Position numbers and translations under genes: made by a program
Part shown: positions 36,202-44,027 of the stretch, in pieces
How positions within the stretch are numbered: position 1 is the stretch's first letter
How the letters are laid out: the number at the start of each line of letters is the position of its first letter
IMG/VR virus record: IMGVR_UViG_3300037467_000877
Location: 1 to 46,323 of that record
Length of the DNA: 46,323 nt
Reading direction: 5' to 3' (one strand)
Source: a virus
Lineage: Duplodnaviria; Caudoviricetes
Notes under the pieces: model-generated
What the model saw: the letters and a program-made list of their open reading frames with translations, nothing else
What the model was told of the DNA's origin: nothing
The model's database searches: none

Positions 36202-36975
36202 TCACTCAAACGCTTTGGGGCAGACACTGCTCGATGGGCAGTACCGGCACCACGGTCCTGGCTTGGCCTCAGCTTCACCGCCCAGCATCACCGGGCCCGT
36301 CGCTGCCAACCAGGCTCGCTGCAAATCGTCCTCAAACCCATCCAATGCAATCGCCGTCACCTGACGCCACAATCCATCGCGGGTTGGCTCGTCGGCGGCT
36401 CTCGGCCAATGCGTAATACTGACGCGCCCAACGTTCGCCCCATCCACCTTGCACTTGCACATCAGGTAGAACAGCGTCTGTGGCGTCACCACCTCTGGCA
36501 AGGCCCACCCGGTCTTCAGATCGTCCACCCACGGCTCCCCCAGCGGTAGATGTCCCCACCAATCGCACTGACCCGTCACGCAATCGGGACCCCGAGACTC
36601 CTTCCACGCAGTCGACACGTCCTCCGGCGCGTTCGTGGGCCCCAGCTCGACGCTCCTCGTTCGACAGTCGTACGAAACACATTGTTCGTGGACCCCAAGG
36701 CCCGGCGGCCACAACTTGTCACGGCAACTGTCCATCATTCCCAACTGAGGGTCAGCAGCAATGCCCGGGCTTGACTTGGCCAGGTGCATCGCAGTCCCCC
36801 AATCGGCCGCTTCCCGCCTCGCATCCGATTCAACCTCAATCGGTCCTGGAGGGGCGACTAGCGTCCCTTCTTGGAGGTATCCAGGCCGCCACACACCGTG
36901 CTCCAACCGAGGGAGCCAACTAGCAGCAGGGCACTCCAAGTGGCGGTCCAGGGATGAGGCCCTGGCCCACGGCAC
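36202..36975 (-). CDS. PD-(D/E)XK exonuclease (Cas4/RecB-like)
   Basis: S.L....CP, WGTAMH, G.CD, DDLKTG, C-terminal CRYCP....CP. Confidence 0.8.
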   Translation of the reverse strand: MPWARASSLDRHLECPAASWLPRLEHGVWRPGYLQEGTLVAPPGPIEVESDARREAADWGTAMHLAKSSPGIAADPQLGMMDSCRDKLWPPGLGVHEQCVSYDCRTRSVELGPTNAPEDVSTAWKESRGPDCVTGQCDWWGHLPLGEPWVDDLKTGWALPEVVTPQTLFYLMCKCKVDGANVGRVSITHWPRAADEPTRDGLWRQVTAIALDGFEDDLQRAWLAATGPVMLGGEAEAKPGPWCRYCPSSSVCPKAFE

Positions 36976-37548
36976 TTAGTACGCGTTGGCAATCGCGCGG
37001 TCCAGGATAGCCACAGCCTCTGAGGAGAGGGTCAACGGGACCGTTGACAGTGCATACGTCATGGCACTAGACAAATAATCCGGGTCATAGTCAAGCGCCC
37101 TCGCTATCGCCGGGTAGTCGTTCAACATCTCCGCCTTGCCCAGATGGCGTTGTGCGACGCAGAGCATATAGGTCATATAGGGTAGGTTAGGACTCACAAG
37201 CTTTGCCACACCATCCAGGAAGATGCGCGCAATGCTAATCATTCGATACTGAGACCAGCCACTGGACCCGATAACGCGCTCAATGAGGGGAATGAGCTTT
37301 TGCCGCTCGGCGTCTTCCAGCCGGTCATTAAGGTTGCGCATGACTCCGGCCAAGGCCGGCGCTACACACTTGGGGTGGTCCGAGTGCGGCTCACCAGCAA
37401 CCCAGGCTGCTGCCTCCATCGCACAGACACCAACCTCGCGAGTAACGTGACCGCCTCTATTCAGCGTAATTCCGCTCAGCCCCTTGAGCGGGAGCTTGTC
37501 CGCAATGCCCGTCACTTCGGTCTGCCCAACAATCGTCTCAGTGCTCAT
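36976..37548 (-). CDS. Hypothetical phage protein
   Basis: CAMEAAAWVAGEPHSDHPKCV......NLND motif; coupled ORF. Confidence 0.7.
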   Translation of the reverse strand: MSTETIVGQTEVTGIADKLPLKGLSGITLNRGGHVTREVGVCAMEAAAWVAGEPHSDHPKCVAPALAGVMRNLNDRLEDAERQKLIPLIERVIGSSGWSQYRMISIARIFLDGVAKLVSPNLPYMTYMLCVAQRHLGKAEMLNDYPAIARALDYDPDYLSSAMTYALSTVPLTLSSEAVAILDRAIANAY

Positions 37549-37549
37549 G

Positions 37550-38167
37550 TCACTTCCCCATGCGTTCGCGCGCAGCCTTGAAGTCGTCCATCACCTGCTG
37601 TTGCTGTTCGATGGTCAGCTGCTTCCCCATCGCCAGTGCCGCCTTGTACGCCGGCTCGTCGGTCGCGGCCTGCACCAGGGCAATGGCCGCCTTCACGCTC
37701 TCCACCGTAGGCTTGCCCGCCCCGCGCTTCTTGACACCACCAGGAATGGGGGTATCAGTGTCATCCGTGTCGTCCGCTCCACCTGCCAGAAGCGCTTGCA
37801 CCAGGGCGGCCTTCCAGGCATAGGTCCCGGCCTTGCCCCCCGCCTTGTCCTGGGTATCAGCACCGAGACCAAAGCCCGCAATGTCGATGTAGGACTGGTC
37901 ACTGACCGCCTGCACGCGCAGCTTCAGATTGACCGCCGCCAGTGTCCCATCCTCAACCGCAAACCCTTGCCCGTCGGCCTCAATGGGGTAGACCAGAATT
38001 CCCAGTTGGTCACACAGCGGACGAATCTTGTCATTCAGGTCCTCGGCGCTACGGACCTTGAACTTGACCCCGGCCTTGTCCTTGCGCTTCAGATTGCCGG
38101 CCTTACGGCGCAACTCAGCCACCAGAGCGTAAATCGCCGGCCCCCCGGCCGACTGTTCCTCGCTCAT
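37550..38167 (-). CDS. erf: ERF-family single-strand annealing protein
   Basis: FKVRSAEDL and G.G.DTQDKA.GKA.TYA.K.AL...L.....DD.D motifs; GAGGTG SD. Confidence 0.78.
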   Translation of the reverse strand: MSEEQSAGGPAIYALVAELRRKAGNLKRKDKAGVKFKVRSAEDLNDKIRPLCDQLGILVYPIEADGQGFAVEDGTLAAVNLKLRVQAVSDQSYIDIAGFGLGADTQDKAGGKAGTYAWKAALVQALLAGGADDTDDTDTPIPGGVKKRGAGKPTVESVKAAIALVQAATDEPAYKAALAMGKQLTIEQQQQVMDDFKAARERMGK

Positions 38168-38234
38168 ACTCACCTCTAACAACGTTGTTGCGAACGGTGG
38201 GCGGCGAACCGCCCGGTTGCACGCGAGCCATTTC

Positions 38235-38262
38235 ATAATGCGCACGCTTTGCTGATTGTCAA
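38235..38262 (-). promoter_or_regulatory. Putative promoter of the recombination/replication operon
   Basis: TTGACA-16 nt-CATTAT on the - strand; palindrome AACAACGTTGTT (38178-38189) next to the erf SD. Confidence 0.4.
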
Positions 38263-38449
38263 GCGACCGCACATTCAAGTGGCTATGCGAGTTGCCGCAC
38301 CGTGCGGCATTGACACATCATCGTGCATTGAGACGCGCACGTCTAGCGCTGGTTTCACGCAGTTACCCCACCCGTACCCGTTGACCAGGCGGTATCCAAT
38401 GTGCAATAGGATCGTTTCGTACGTTTTCACCACGGACTGAGAGGGCCTC

Positions 38450-38785
38450 ATGGCAAAAACAGCGCGTCGCTGCCCCAGCTGTAGCAGTACCAACACCTTC
38501 GGCTTCGGCCGTCGCGGGCTGCAACTCTGTGATGCCTGCGGCTACCGGTGGGTCCCGTGTCAGGACATGTACTGTCGCGGCTACCGTGTCGTCCTGGACC
38601 CCTCACCGCACGTCATTGGGTGTCCTGACTGCGACAAGGAGCACGGCGGGGTCGCCACCATCAAGGTACTGCTGTGGCCCGAGGCCCATCGAGCAATCGC
38701 GCGCAAACTGGACGAGCGCGAAGCCAAGAATGATGGGGCCGACGACGAGCCCGACGAGCCCGAACCGCACCACCTGCCGGTCTGA
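38450..38785 (+). CDS. Cys-rich zinc-finger protein
   Basis: CPSC..CDAC..CQDMYC..CPDC; GAGAGGG SD; the only convincing + strand gene in the right arm. Confidence 0.7.
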   Translation: MAKTARRCPSCSSTNTFGFGRRGLQLCDACGYRWVPCQDMYCRGYRVVLDPSPHVIGCPDCDKEHGGVATIKVLLWPEAHRAIARKLDEREAKNDGADDEPDEPEPHHLPV

Positions 38786-38880
38786 ACATTACCCGCCAAC
38801 ATCGCGTCCTGCCACGGGGAACCGGCAACCGGGTAAGGGTTGGTGTGGCTAAGGCGCGATGCTGACGGGCTTGTGCTGTT

Positions 38881-38931
38881 TTGAGGTGCTAGTACTTAAC
38901 CGTGTGGGGGTTCGAGTCCCCCCTCGCGCAC
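38881..38931 (+). other. attP: attP core: 3' part of a tRNA-Leu(GAG) gene
   Basis: TTGAGG anticodon loop, variable arm, GGGGG-TTCGAGT-CCCCC T arm and TCGCGCA acceptor 3' strand; no 5' half; adjacent to the integrase stop. Confidence 0.85.
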
Positions 38932-38943
38932 GAACAGTTTCAG

Positions 38944-40002
38944 TCAGTTAAGGGTGTCGTCCGAGTCCGATGCGGGCTTGGGTAACGGAATGACGGTCGC
39001 CATTACCCGCTGGCCAAGCGCCGATTGCTCCGCTCCGGGCGCGATGTAAGCCGTCCTGCTGACCTCGGGCAGGTTGCGCAATGTCGCGGCTACGGCCTCG
39101 GTGGGCATGGCGGCCACAGCCAAGGTCGCCCACGTCCCGCGAAGCCCGTGAGGGGACACCTTCGGCACCCCACTGACCTTGCAAAGACGAGGGACGTTGC
39201 GTCCAAGCCAGTGGCGATCGACGTTGCCCCACAATCGGTCCTCGGGCCCCTTGCCTTCGCACTGGCGCACCAACAAGTCCACCAACACGCCCGGCACCTC
39301 CAGCCGCTTGCGAGACCGCGCGGTCTTGAGCCGACGCACGGCATTGTCCTCAATCCAGATGATGCGCCCGCCGTCGTCGATATCGCGCACTACCAGTCCA
39401 GTGACCTCGCTGGCCCGCATGCCCGTCAACAAAGCCAAGGCGCACGCCAGCCCCTCGGGCGACCCCTCACGGAGGGCCGCATCCAGGAACCGACGCGCCT
39501 CGTCCACACGCAACTGTGGCTTACCTGCCGACCGGTCACCGAGCACCACGCAGCCTTCGAACGGGTCAGACGGCAACCGACCCTTCGCCACCCACCACCG
39601 ACAAGCCCGACCCACTGTGGCCAGCTCGCCCACCAACGTGTCCGGCTTGACCTCGGCCGCACGCAAGTCAAATAGGTGCTTCGCCACAGCCCTGGTTAGA
39701 CCACTCAGCGGCCGGTCACTCTCGGTCAGGCGCAGAATTGCCACCAGCCGCCAGCGCTCCAGCTTGAGCGTACTACCCCGCAATGCGCGCCCGGCACTTG
39801 ACGGCGCGGCCCTGGCTGTCAGGTACTCGGTCACCGCGTCCCCGAGCGTGAGCCCGTCGATGACTTTGCGCGCCTGGTCAACGTACTTGCTGGCCTCTCG
39901 TTCTGTCTCAAACGAGACCACCGATTGCGTGCCATCTCCAGCAACCTCAATGACTCTCCATCGCTTTCTGTGCTTGTAAGGTCCATGGATTCGTTCGGCC
40001 AC
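38944..40002 (-). CDS. int: Tyrosine integrase
   Basis: TGMRASE (R), LKT (K), HGLR (HxxR), catalytic Tyr in SRTAY; next to attP. Confidence 0.9.
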   Translation of the reverse strand: MAERIHGPYKHRKRWRVIEVAGDGTQSVVSFETEREASKYVDQARKVIDGLTLGDAVTEYLTARAAPSSAGRALRGSTLKLERWRLVAILRLTESDRPLSGLTRAVAKHLFDLRAAEVKPDTLVGELATVGRACRWWVAKGRLPSDPFEGCVVLGDRSAGKPQLRVDEARRFLDAALREGSPEGLACALALLTGMRASEVTGLVVRDIDDGGRIIWIEDNAVRRLKTARSRKRLEVPGVLVDLLVRQCEGKGPEDRLWGNVDRHWLGRNVPRLCKVSGVPKVSPHGLRGTWATLAVAAMPTEAVAATLRNLPEVSRTAYIAPGAEQSALGQRVMATVIPLPKPASDSDDTLN

Positions 40003-40136
40003 GGGGATTCCTTCCTCGGCGCATTCGCCGAAATACCGCCCGGAGCCGGCTCCTTACGCAGGATGTAGCCCCGAGCTAGCAACTCGTCAAGCAATGCAGC
40101 GGCGAGCGTCCGAGCGTCAGCCTTCGACAGCGCCAC
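39831..40136 (-). CDS. Hypothetical protein overlapping the integrase 5' end
   Basis: Starts just after the upstream stop; 172-nt overlap with int. Confidence 0.5.
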   Translation of the reverse strand: MALSKADARTLAAALLDELLARGYILRKEPAPGGISANAPRKESPWPNESMDLTSTESDGESLRLLEMARNRWSRLRQNERPASTLTRRAKSSTGSRSGTR

Positions 40137-40139
40137 AAC

Positions 40140-40580
40140 TTACTGCCAGTAGGCTTCAAACAGCCCGGTCGTCCGCAGCGTCACCGCATAGTCCACATCG
40201 TAGACAGCCTGGTGCTCGTACCGCACGTGATGCTCCCACGGCACCTTCACCACCTTGAGCATGAACCCGTTGTCCTGGGCAGCCTTTAACCAACAGGGAC
40301 CCACCAATGCCAACATGTTAGCCGTCGACAGAAAGGCGCACCGACTAGCCGAACCGTACGCACATCGTGTCCACCCAGGCCCAGTCCCACGAATCTTCAT
40401 CTCCTGATGGGGTCCAGGCATTAGGTACGGATGGCGACACCGCCCACACCGACAATGGTTCTCCCACTCCTGCCACACAACTGGAGTATTGTCCTCACCA
40501 CAGAACGGGCCCTTGCCCGTAAAGACGTGCTCCACTCGCCAAAGGCGCACCCAGGGCTTTAGGTTACCTGGCTGACTCAT
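40140..40580 (-). CDS. Hypothetical early protein
   Basis: GGAGGAGG SD; WRVEH..G.GPF...P.P...C.F.S pattern. Confidence 0.65.
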   Translation of the reverse strand: MSQPGNLKPWVRLWRVEHVFTGKGPFCGEDNTPVVWQEWENHCRCGRCRHPYLMPGPHQEMKIRGTGPGWTRCAYGSASRCAFLSTANMLALVGPCWLKAAQDNGFMLKVVKVPWEHHVRYEHQAVYDVDYAVTLRTTGLFEAYWQ

Positions 40581-40824
40581 GGCGACCCTCCTCCGGCATG
40601 TTGTCGTGGCCACACTCGGTGCAGATGGTGTCGTCCGCCGGCACATGGCCCTGACACTTATTGCAGGGGTAGCAGAGGGGCAGGCCCATCAGTGAAAACT
40701 CCGGGTCCCGGCAGATGTAGCAGTCAGGGTCGTAGACCGTCGTCACCGACCACTTGCTTGGGTCCTTTAGGCCCTGCTCCAGCATCCAATAGGCCGGGTC
40801 GGACTTCTTCATAGGAGCACTCAC
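40564..40824 (-). CDS. Zinc-ribbon protein
   Basis: CYIC, CNKC, CTECG. Confidence 0.65.
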   Translation of the reverse strand: MSAPMKKSDPAYWMLEQGLKDPSKWSVTTVYDPDCYICRDPEFSLMGLPLCYPCNKCQGHVPADDTICTECGHDNMPEEGRHESAR

Positions 40825-41216
40825 AGCCCACCGCCCTTGAAGCACCCAAACCGGCAGTCATATGACGTGAAGAGCAGCACCGCGGCGTTTTGACGACGGC
40901 ACTTCGGACACTGAAGCGGCCAGTCCGCTATAGCCTTCGAATTTGAAGCAGCCGACCCGACCCCTGGACGGTCACAACGGACTAGCACCCTAACGTCCGT
41001 CCGGTCACATGGACTCGTGGGGCCTCGATTCGCAATCACCCTCCACTCGTGTGGCAGAAAGGAAGTGTCATGCTCCTCGCGGGTCGCGGAGACGCCCAGC
41101 TTTATCCACGGCTTCGTCGGACACCCGTCCTCGTCCTTTTCGACGTCACCGGACATGCCACAAAACCACGTAACCCCTTGGTCGTCCACCAGCCACGTTC
41201 CGTACACCCACTTCAT
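40821..41216 (-). CDS. Hypothetical protein with C-terminal CPKC...C...C
   Basis: ATGA-coupled ORF. Confidence 0.6.
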   Translation of the reverse strand: MKWVYGTWLVDDQGVTWFCGMSGDVEKDEDGCPTKPWIKLGVSATREEHDTSFLPHEWRVIANRGPTSPCDRTDVRVLVRCDRPGVGSAASNSKAIADWPLQCPKCRRQNAAVLLFTSYDCRFGCFKGGGL

Positions 41217-41539
41217 GGCACACCCACCCTTGCCTTTGCTCCCTGAACCTTCACGTGCGCCACCCACTGCTCGCGCATCTCAATGTGTGGCTGCTGCGGC
41301 ACAATGGCCTTGTAGTGCAGCTCGCTCACGCGAATGCACACCCACATCCACTCATTGGGTCCTTCGCCGCGCACCCACTGGTACTCACGACGAATGGGGT
41401 GGACTCGTCCGTCCTTCCCATCCTCGTAGACCACCAGCACCACATAGCGAGGACGGTCCTCCCGGTTACGAACCAGGACGCACGAATACACTTTGACGCT
41501 CGGCTCCCCAGCCGGCGCCCCACCAATTGACTGCAACAT
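41213..41539 (-). CDS. Hypothetical protein
   Basis: GGAGG SD before ATG. Confidence 0.6.
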   Translation of the reverse strand: MLQSIGGAPAGEPSVKVYSCVLVRNREDRPRYVVLVVYEDGKDGRVHPIRREYQWVRGEGPNEWMWVCIRVSELHYKAIVPQQPHIEMREQWVAHVKVQGAKARVGVP

Positions 41540-41573
41540 CGAATTTCCTCCGGTAGTCCCCCGACTACCTTCG

Positions 41574-41639
41574 TGGGAATGGATGGACTCGAACCACCAA
41601 TTGCCTGCTAATCAGGCGCCCTTCTCCAGAGGCATCCCC
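41574..41639 (-). ncRNA. tRNA-like RNA (non-canonical, 66 nt)
   Basis: Acceptor GGGGATG/CATTCCC plus A, T arm GGTGG-TTCGAGT-CCATC, stem GCCTG/CAGGC with a 5-nt ATTAG loop, reduced D arm. Confidence 0.7.
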
Positions 41640-41696
41640 GCCAGCGTTACTCGCTACAGGACCGGCCACTACCGAGGAGGTAGCGGCAGCAGTCGG

Positions 41697-41804
41697 TCAG
41701 CCTCGCTTGCGTTTTTGCTGCAAGCACCACATGCACCACCCCATGCACCAGTGGTGGTAGCCCACCAGGCACCCCAGACCCCTCAACCGCTCTGACCACT
41801 TCAC
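41697..41804 (-). CDS. Small Cys/His/Trp-rich peptide (35 aa)
   Basis: GTGA-coupled; MKWSERLRGLGCLVGYHHWCMGWCMWCLQQKRKRG. Confidence 0.45.
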   Translation of the reverse strand: MKWSERLRGLGCLVGYHHWCMGWCMWCLQQKRKRG

Positions 41805-42001
41805 GTCCTGTCAGGAACCGGCCACAACACCTGCGTCCCCTCCACAATCGACCGAACATCAAGCGAACCCATTGGTGCGCCCGGCCAGGCCTCATCGAGC
41901 GCCTGCTGGAGCCGATGGGCGAATCGCGTATGATCTCGCGCAATGCCTTCATTAATCACGCCGTCGCTAACGCGCACCTGGATGGTATAAGTCTTGGTCA
42001 T
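41801..42001 (-). CDS. Small hypothetical protein
   Basis: GAGGA SD before ATG42001. Confidence 0.5.
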   Translation of the reverse strand: MTKTYTIQVRVSDGVINEGIARDHTRFAHRLQQALDEAWPGAPMGSLDVRSIVEGTQVLWPVPDRT

Positions 42002-42008
42002 CGAATCC

Positions 42009-42131
42009 TCACTTTCTGAGGCCATCGTACAGCGCCCGGATGAACATCATCAACCCGATGACGACCACCAGAATCACGCTATCGACGCCGATATTGTGGG
42101 CCGCGTTGAAATGCCCGAATTCCTCTCCCAT
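42009..42131 (-). CDS. Small membrane peptide (40 aa)
   Basis: TGATG coupling; VILVVVIGLMMFI transmembrane segment. Confidence 0.5.
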   Translation of the reverse strand: MGEEFGHFNAAHNIGVDSVILVVVIGLMMFIRALYDGLRK

Positions 42132-42298
42132 CACGCCACCCTTGTCATCAGCTCGCGCTCGGCCTTCTCGATGATGGCTCGGTACGCGAATGCCAGCGTG
42201 GGTTGCCTGGATGACTTCGCTAGCACCTCCATCTCGTGGAAGTGCAGCACCGCCGACGTATGAGGCCAGCGAATGGGGTCCACCTCGGCACTAAACAC
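42131..42298 (-). CDS. Small hypothetical protein
   Basis: GTG overlapping the end of the upstream gene. Confidence 0.5.
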   Translation of the reverse strand: MFSAEVDPIRWPHTSAVLHFHEMEVLAKSSRQPTLAFAYRAIIEKAERELMTRVA

Positions 42299-42653
42299 GG
42301 TGCCCAAGCTCGCGCAAACTGTCCGGGTGCTCCTGGTCGATGGCATCGTCGTACGCCATCCCGGCGTCGTATCCGCACCGGCCGTCCTCCATAGAGCCCA
42401 GGTCACTCCAATTCTCAAATCCGCGTGCCAGGTCAGCAAACCAAGGATAATCGCCCATCCCGCGAGTACGCCTGTCCACGTCTACCGCGCCCAGTGCGCA
42501 CGCAGCCACCTTGCGCCGCCCCTCGGTCTTGTAAGTCGGCCCGTGAATCTTCACCATGCCGCGCCCAAGAACGTTCTGAACCATCTTGGCGAGCAGCATT
42601 TCATCTTCGGGAATCTCGTCATTGCTGGGCCCGAGGCCCGTCGTCTTACGCAT
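42291..42653 (-). CDS. Hypothetical protein, paralogue of the C-terminal domain of 35226..35765
   Basis: AAGGAGGA SD; NDEIPEDEMLLA...ACALGAV. Confidence 0.7.
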   Translation of the reverse strand: MRKTTGLGPSNDEIPEDEMLLAKMVQNVLGRGMVKIHGPTYKTEGRRKVAACALGAVDVDRRTRGMGDYPWFADLARGFENWSDLGSMEDGRCGYDAGMAYDDAIDQEHPDSLRELGHRV

Positions 42654-42808
42654 ACAATCCTCCTTCTAGGGCGACAAAGCCCGGCAAAGGCCCGCCTACA
42701 GTGCCTTCGCTATCTGGCAATGTGATAATGCCAAGCGAGACGTAGACAGGCCCTTGACGCGCCCGGTCGCAGTGATTAAATTGGCCCCAAGGGTGCCGCT
42801 CGTGGGGA

Positions 42809-43114
42809 TCAGGTAGACCTCTGCTCTGAGTGCCCCTGTAGGGCCTTTAGATGCCTACGGTGCCTTCGATTCATGAAGCCCGGGTCAGCGTCGGACGCTC
42901 GCTTCCACGCGACGTATTCAGGCGCAGTCGCACTGGGCCCTTCAACGCGCTGAGCCACATCACCGCGTGAGGCTCTGTAGCGCCCAAATGCGGCTCGTGT
43001 CGCCGGATGCGCATAGCCCAGTCGTGCCCATGCCAGCTGATAGCGCCACCACCACACAGCGTGGCCAGCTCGTGCCTTCGGACTGGGCCTTGGATAAGCT
43101 CTAACGGCCACCAT
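42809..43114 (-). CDS. Basic, Trp-rich hypothetical protein
   Basis: TAATG coupling; GGAGG upstream. Confidence 0.5.
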   Translation of the reverse strand: MVAVRAYPRPSPKARAGHAVWWWRYQLAWARLGYAHPATRAAFGRYRASRGDVAQRVEGPSATAPEYVAWKRASDADPGFMNRRHRRHLKALQGHSEQRST

Positions 43115-43308
43115 TAGCTCAGCGCCTCCACCAGTGCCGTAATCAGCGCCTCTCGGTCGGCCTTCGAGTCTAGGCACGCATGCTCGAAGCGCTCGACAAC
43201 GGCCCGCACAGCCTTCGGGATGGCCTGACGCACCACATTGATGGTGGCAGCGCGGCCAAGCACTCCTTCGCTTGCCCGTTGAGTATCAGTCAACATTCCC
43301 ATGGTCAT
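43114..43308 (-). CDS. Small hypothetical protein
   Basis: GGAGGT SD; exact Met start uncertain. Confidence 0.55.
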   Translation of the reverse strand: MTMGMLTDTQRASEGVLGRAATINVVRQAIPKAVRAVVERFEHACLDSKADREALITALVEALS

Positions 43309-43429
43309 TACCTCCGATGGACCCATCACCACCTGACAACCGAATAGCCCGACGCACAGAAGGAGATCGTGAGGGGCAATTTGGAATGATGATAGGTCCG
43401 TCGCAAGCAACCACCAACTAGTACGACCA

Positions 43430-43531
43430 TCAGCAATAACACCAGACATCGGCACCACACAGCCTGCAGCGCGGACGACTGGCCCGCACGACCTGTTGGC
43501 CTAACCAGCGCCACAGTTGGCACCACGACAT
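43430..43531 (-). CDS. Small Cys/Trp-rich peptide
   Basis: MSWCQLWRWLG...CRLCG...CYC; start uncertain. Confidence 0.35.
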   Translation of the reverse strand: MSWCQLWRWLGQQVVRASRPRCRLCGADVWCYC

Positions 43532-43631
43532 TTGCTCTACCCAGCCTTCATGGTCTATCCACGGCATAGGTGAGCCTTCGGCAACTCGCAAACAATGACC
43601 CACTGCCAACGCCACCAGTCCCACATCCACC

Positions 43632-44027
43632 TCACGGCATTACCCCGCGTTCGGAAAATGACAGGTAGGAAGGCCGGCGCTTGCTTCCTACAATTAGATG
43701 GTCCACAACCGGAATGCCAAGCACCTTGCCAGCCTCGACGAGCCGGGCGGTTAGCAAGTGGTCTTCAGGACTAGGCTCTACATTGCCGGTAGGATGGTTG
43801 TGAGCCACCACAATTCCGGCGGCATTCCGTCTGACAGCCTCGCGAAACACATCACGAGGGTGTACTTCGACCGATGACACCGTGCCAATGGCCACTACAT
43901 GGGCTCCGATTAGCCCATTGCGTGCATTGAGCATGATGACCACAAATGTTTCCTGTTGGGCCTTCACTAGCTTGGCCGCTACTTGCCAGGCTTCATGAGG
44001 ACCATTGAGCGTATCCCCGGCTCTCAT
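43632..44027 (-). CDS. radC: RadC-like JAB/MPN domain protein
   Basis: E.F.V..LN..N, VHPRDVF..A, AHNHPTG...PS.ED, DHLIVG. Confidence 0.9.
   Translation of the reverse strand: MRAGDTLNGPHEAWQVAAKLVKAQQETFVVIMLNARNGLIGAHVVAIGTVSSVEVHPRDVFREAVRRNAAGIVVAHNHPTGNVEPSPEDHLLTARLVEAGKVLGIPVVDHLIVGSKRRPSYLSFSERGVMP

Noticed and set aside
36202-36975. CRISPR-Cas system suggested by the Cas4-like nuclease
   Set aside because: No repeat-spacer array or other cas genes; the ERF and SSB context indicates a recombination exonuclease
38275-38496. 73-aa - strand ORF in the divergent control region
   Set aside because: It overlaps the start of the zinc-finger gene head-to-head and has no SD or recognisable HTH
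38881-38931. Functional phage tRNA-Leu gene
   Set aside because: The 5' half (acceptor 5' strand and D arm) is absent; it is better explained as the attP core
41574-41639. Functional ochre-suppressor tRNA and genome-wide stop-codon reassignment
   Set aside because: The loop lacks U33 and canonical geometry, and genes end normally at TAA, TAG and TGA without fragmented ORFs
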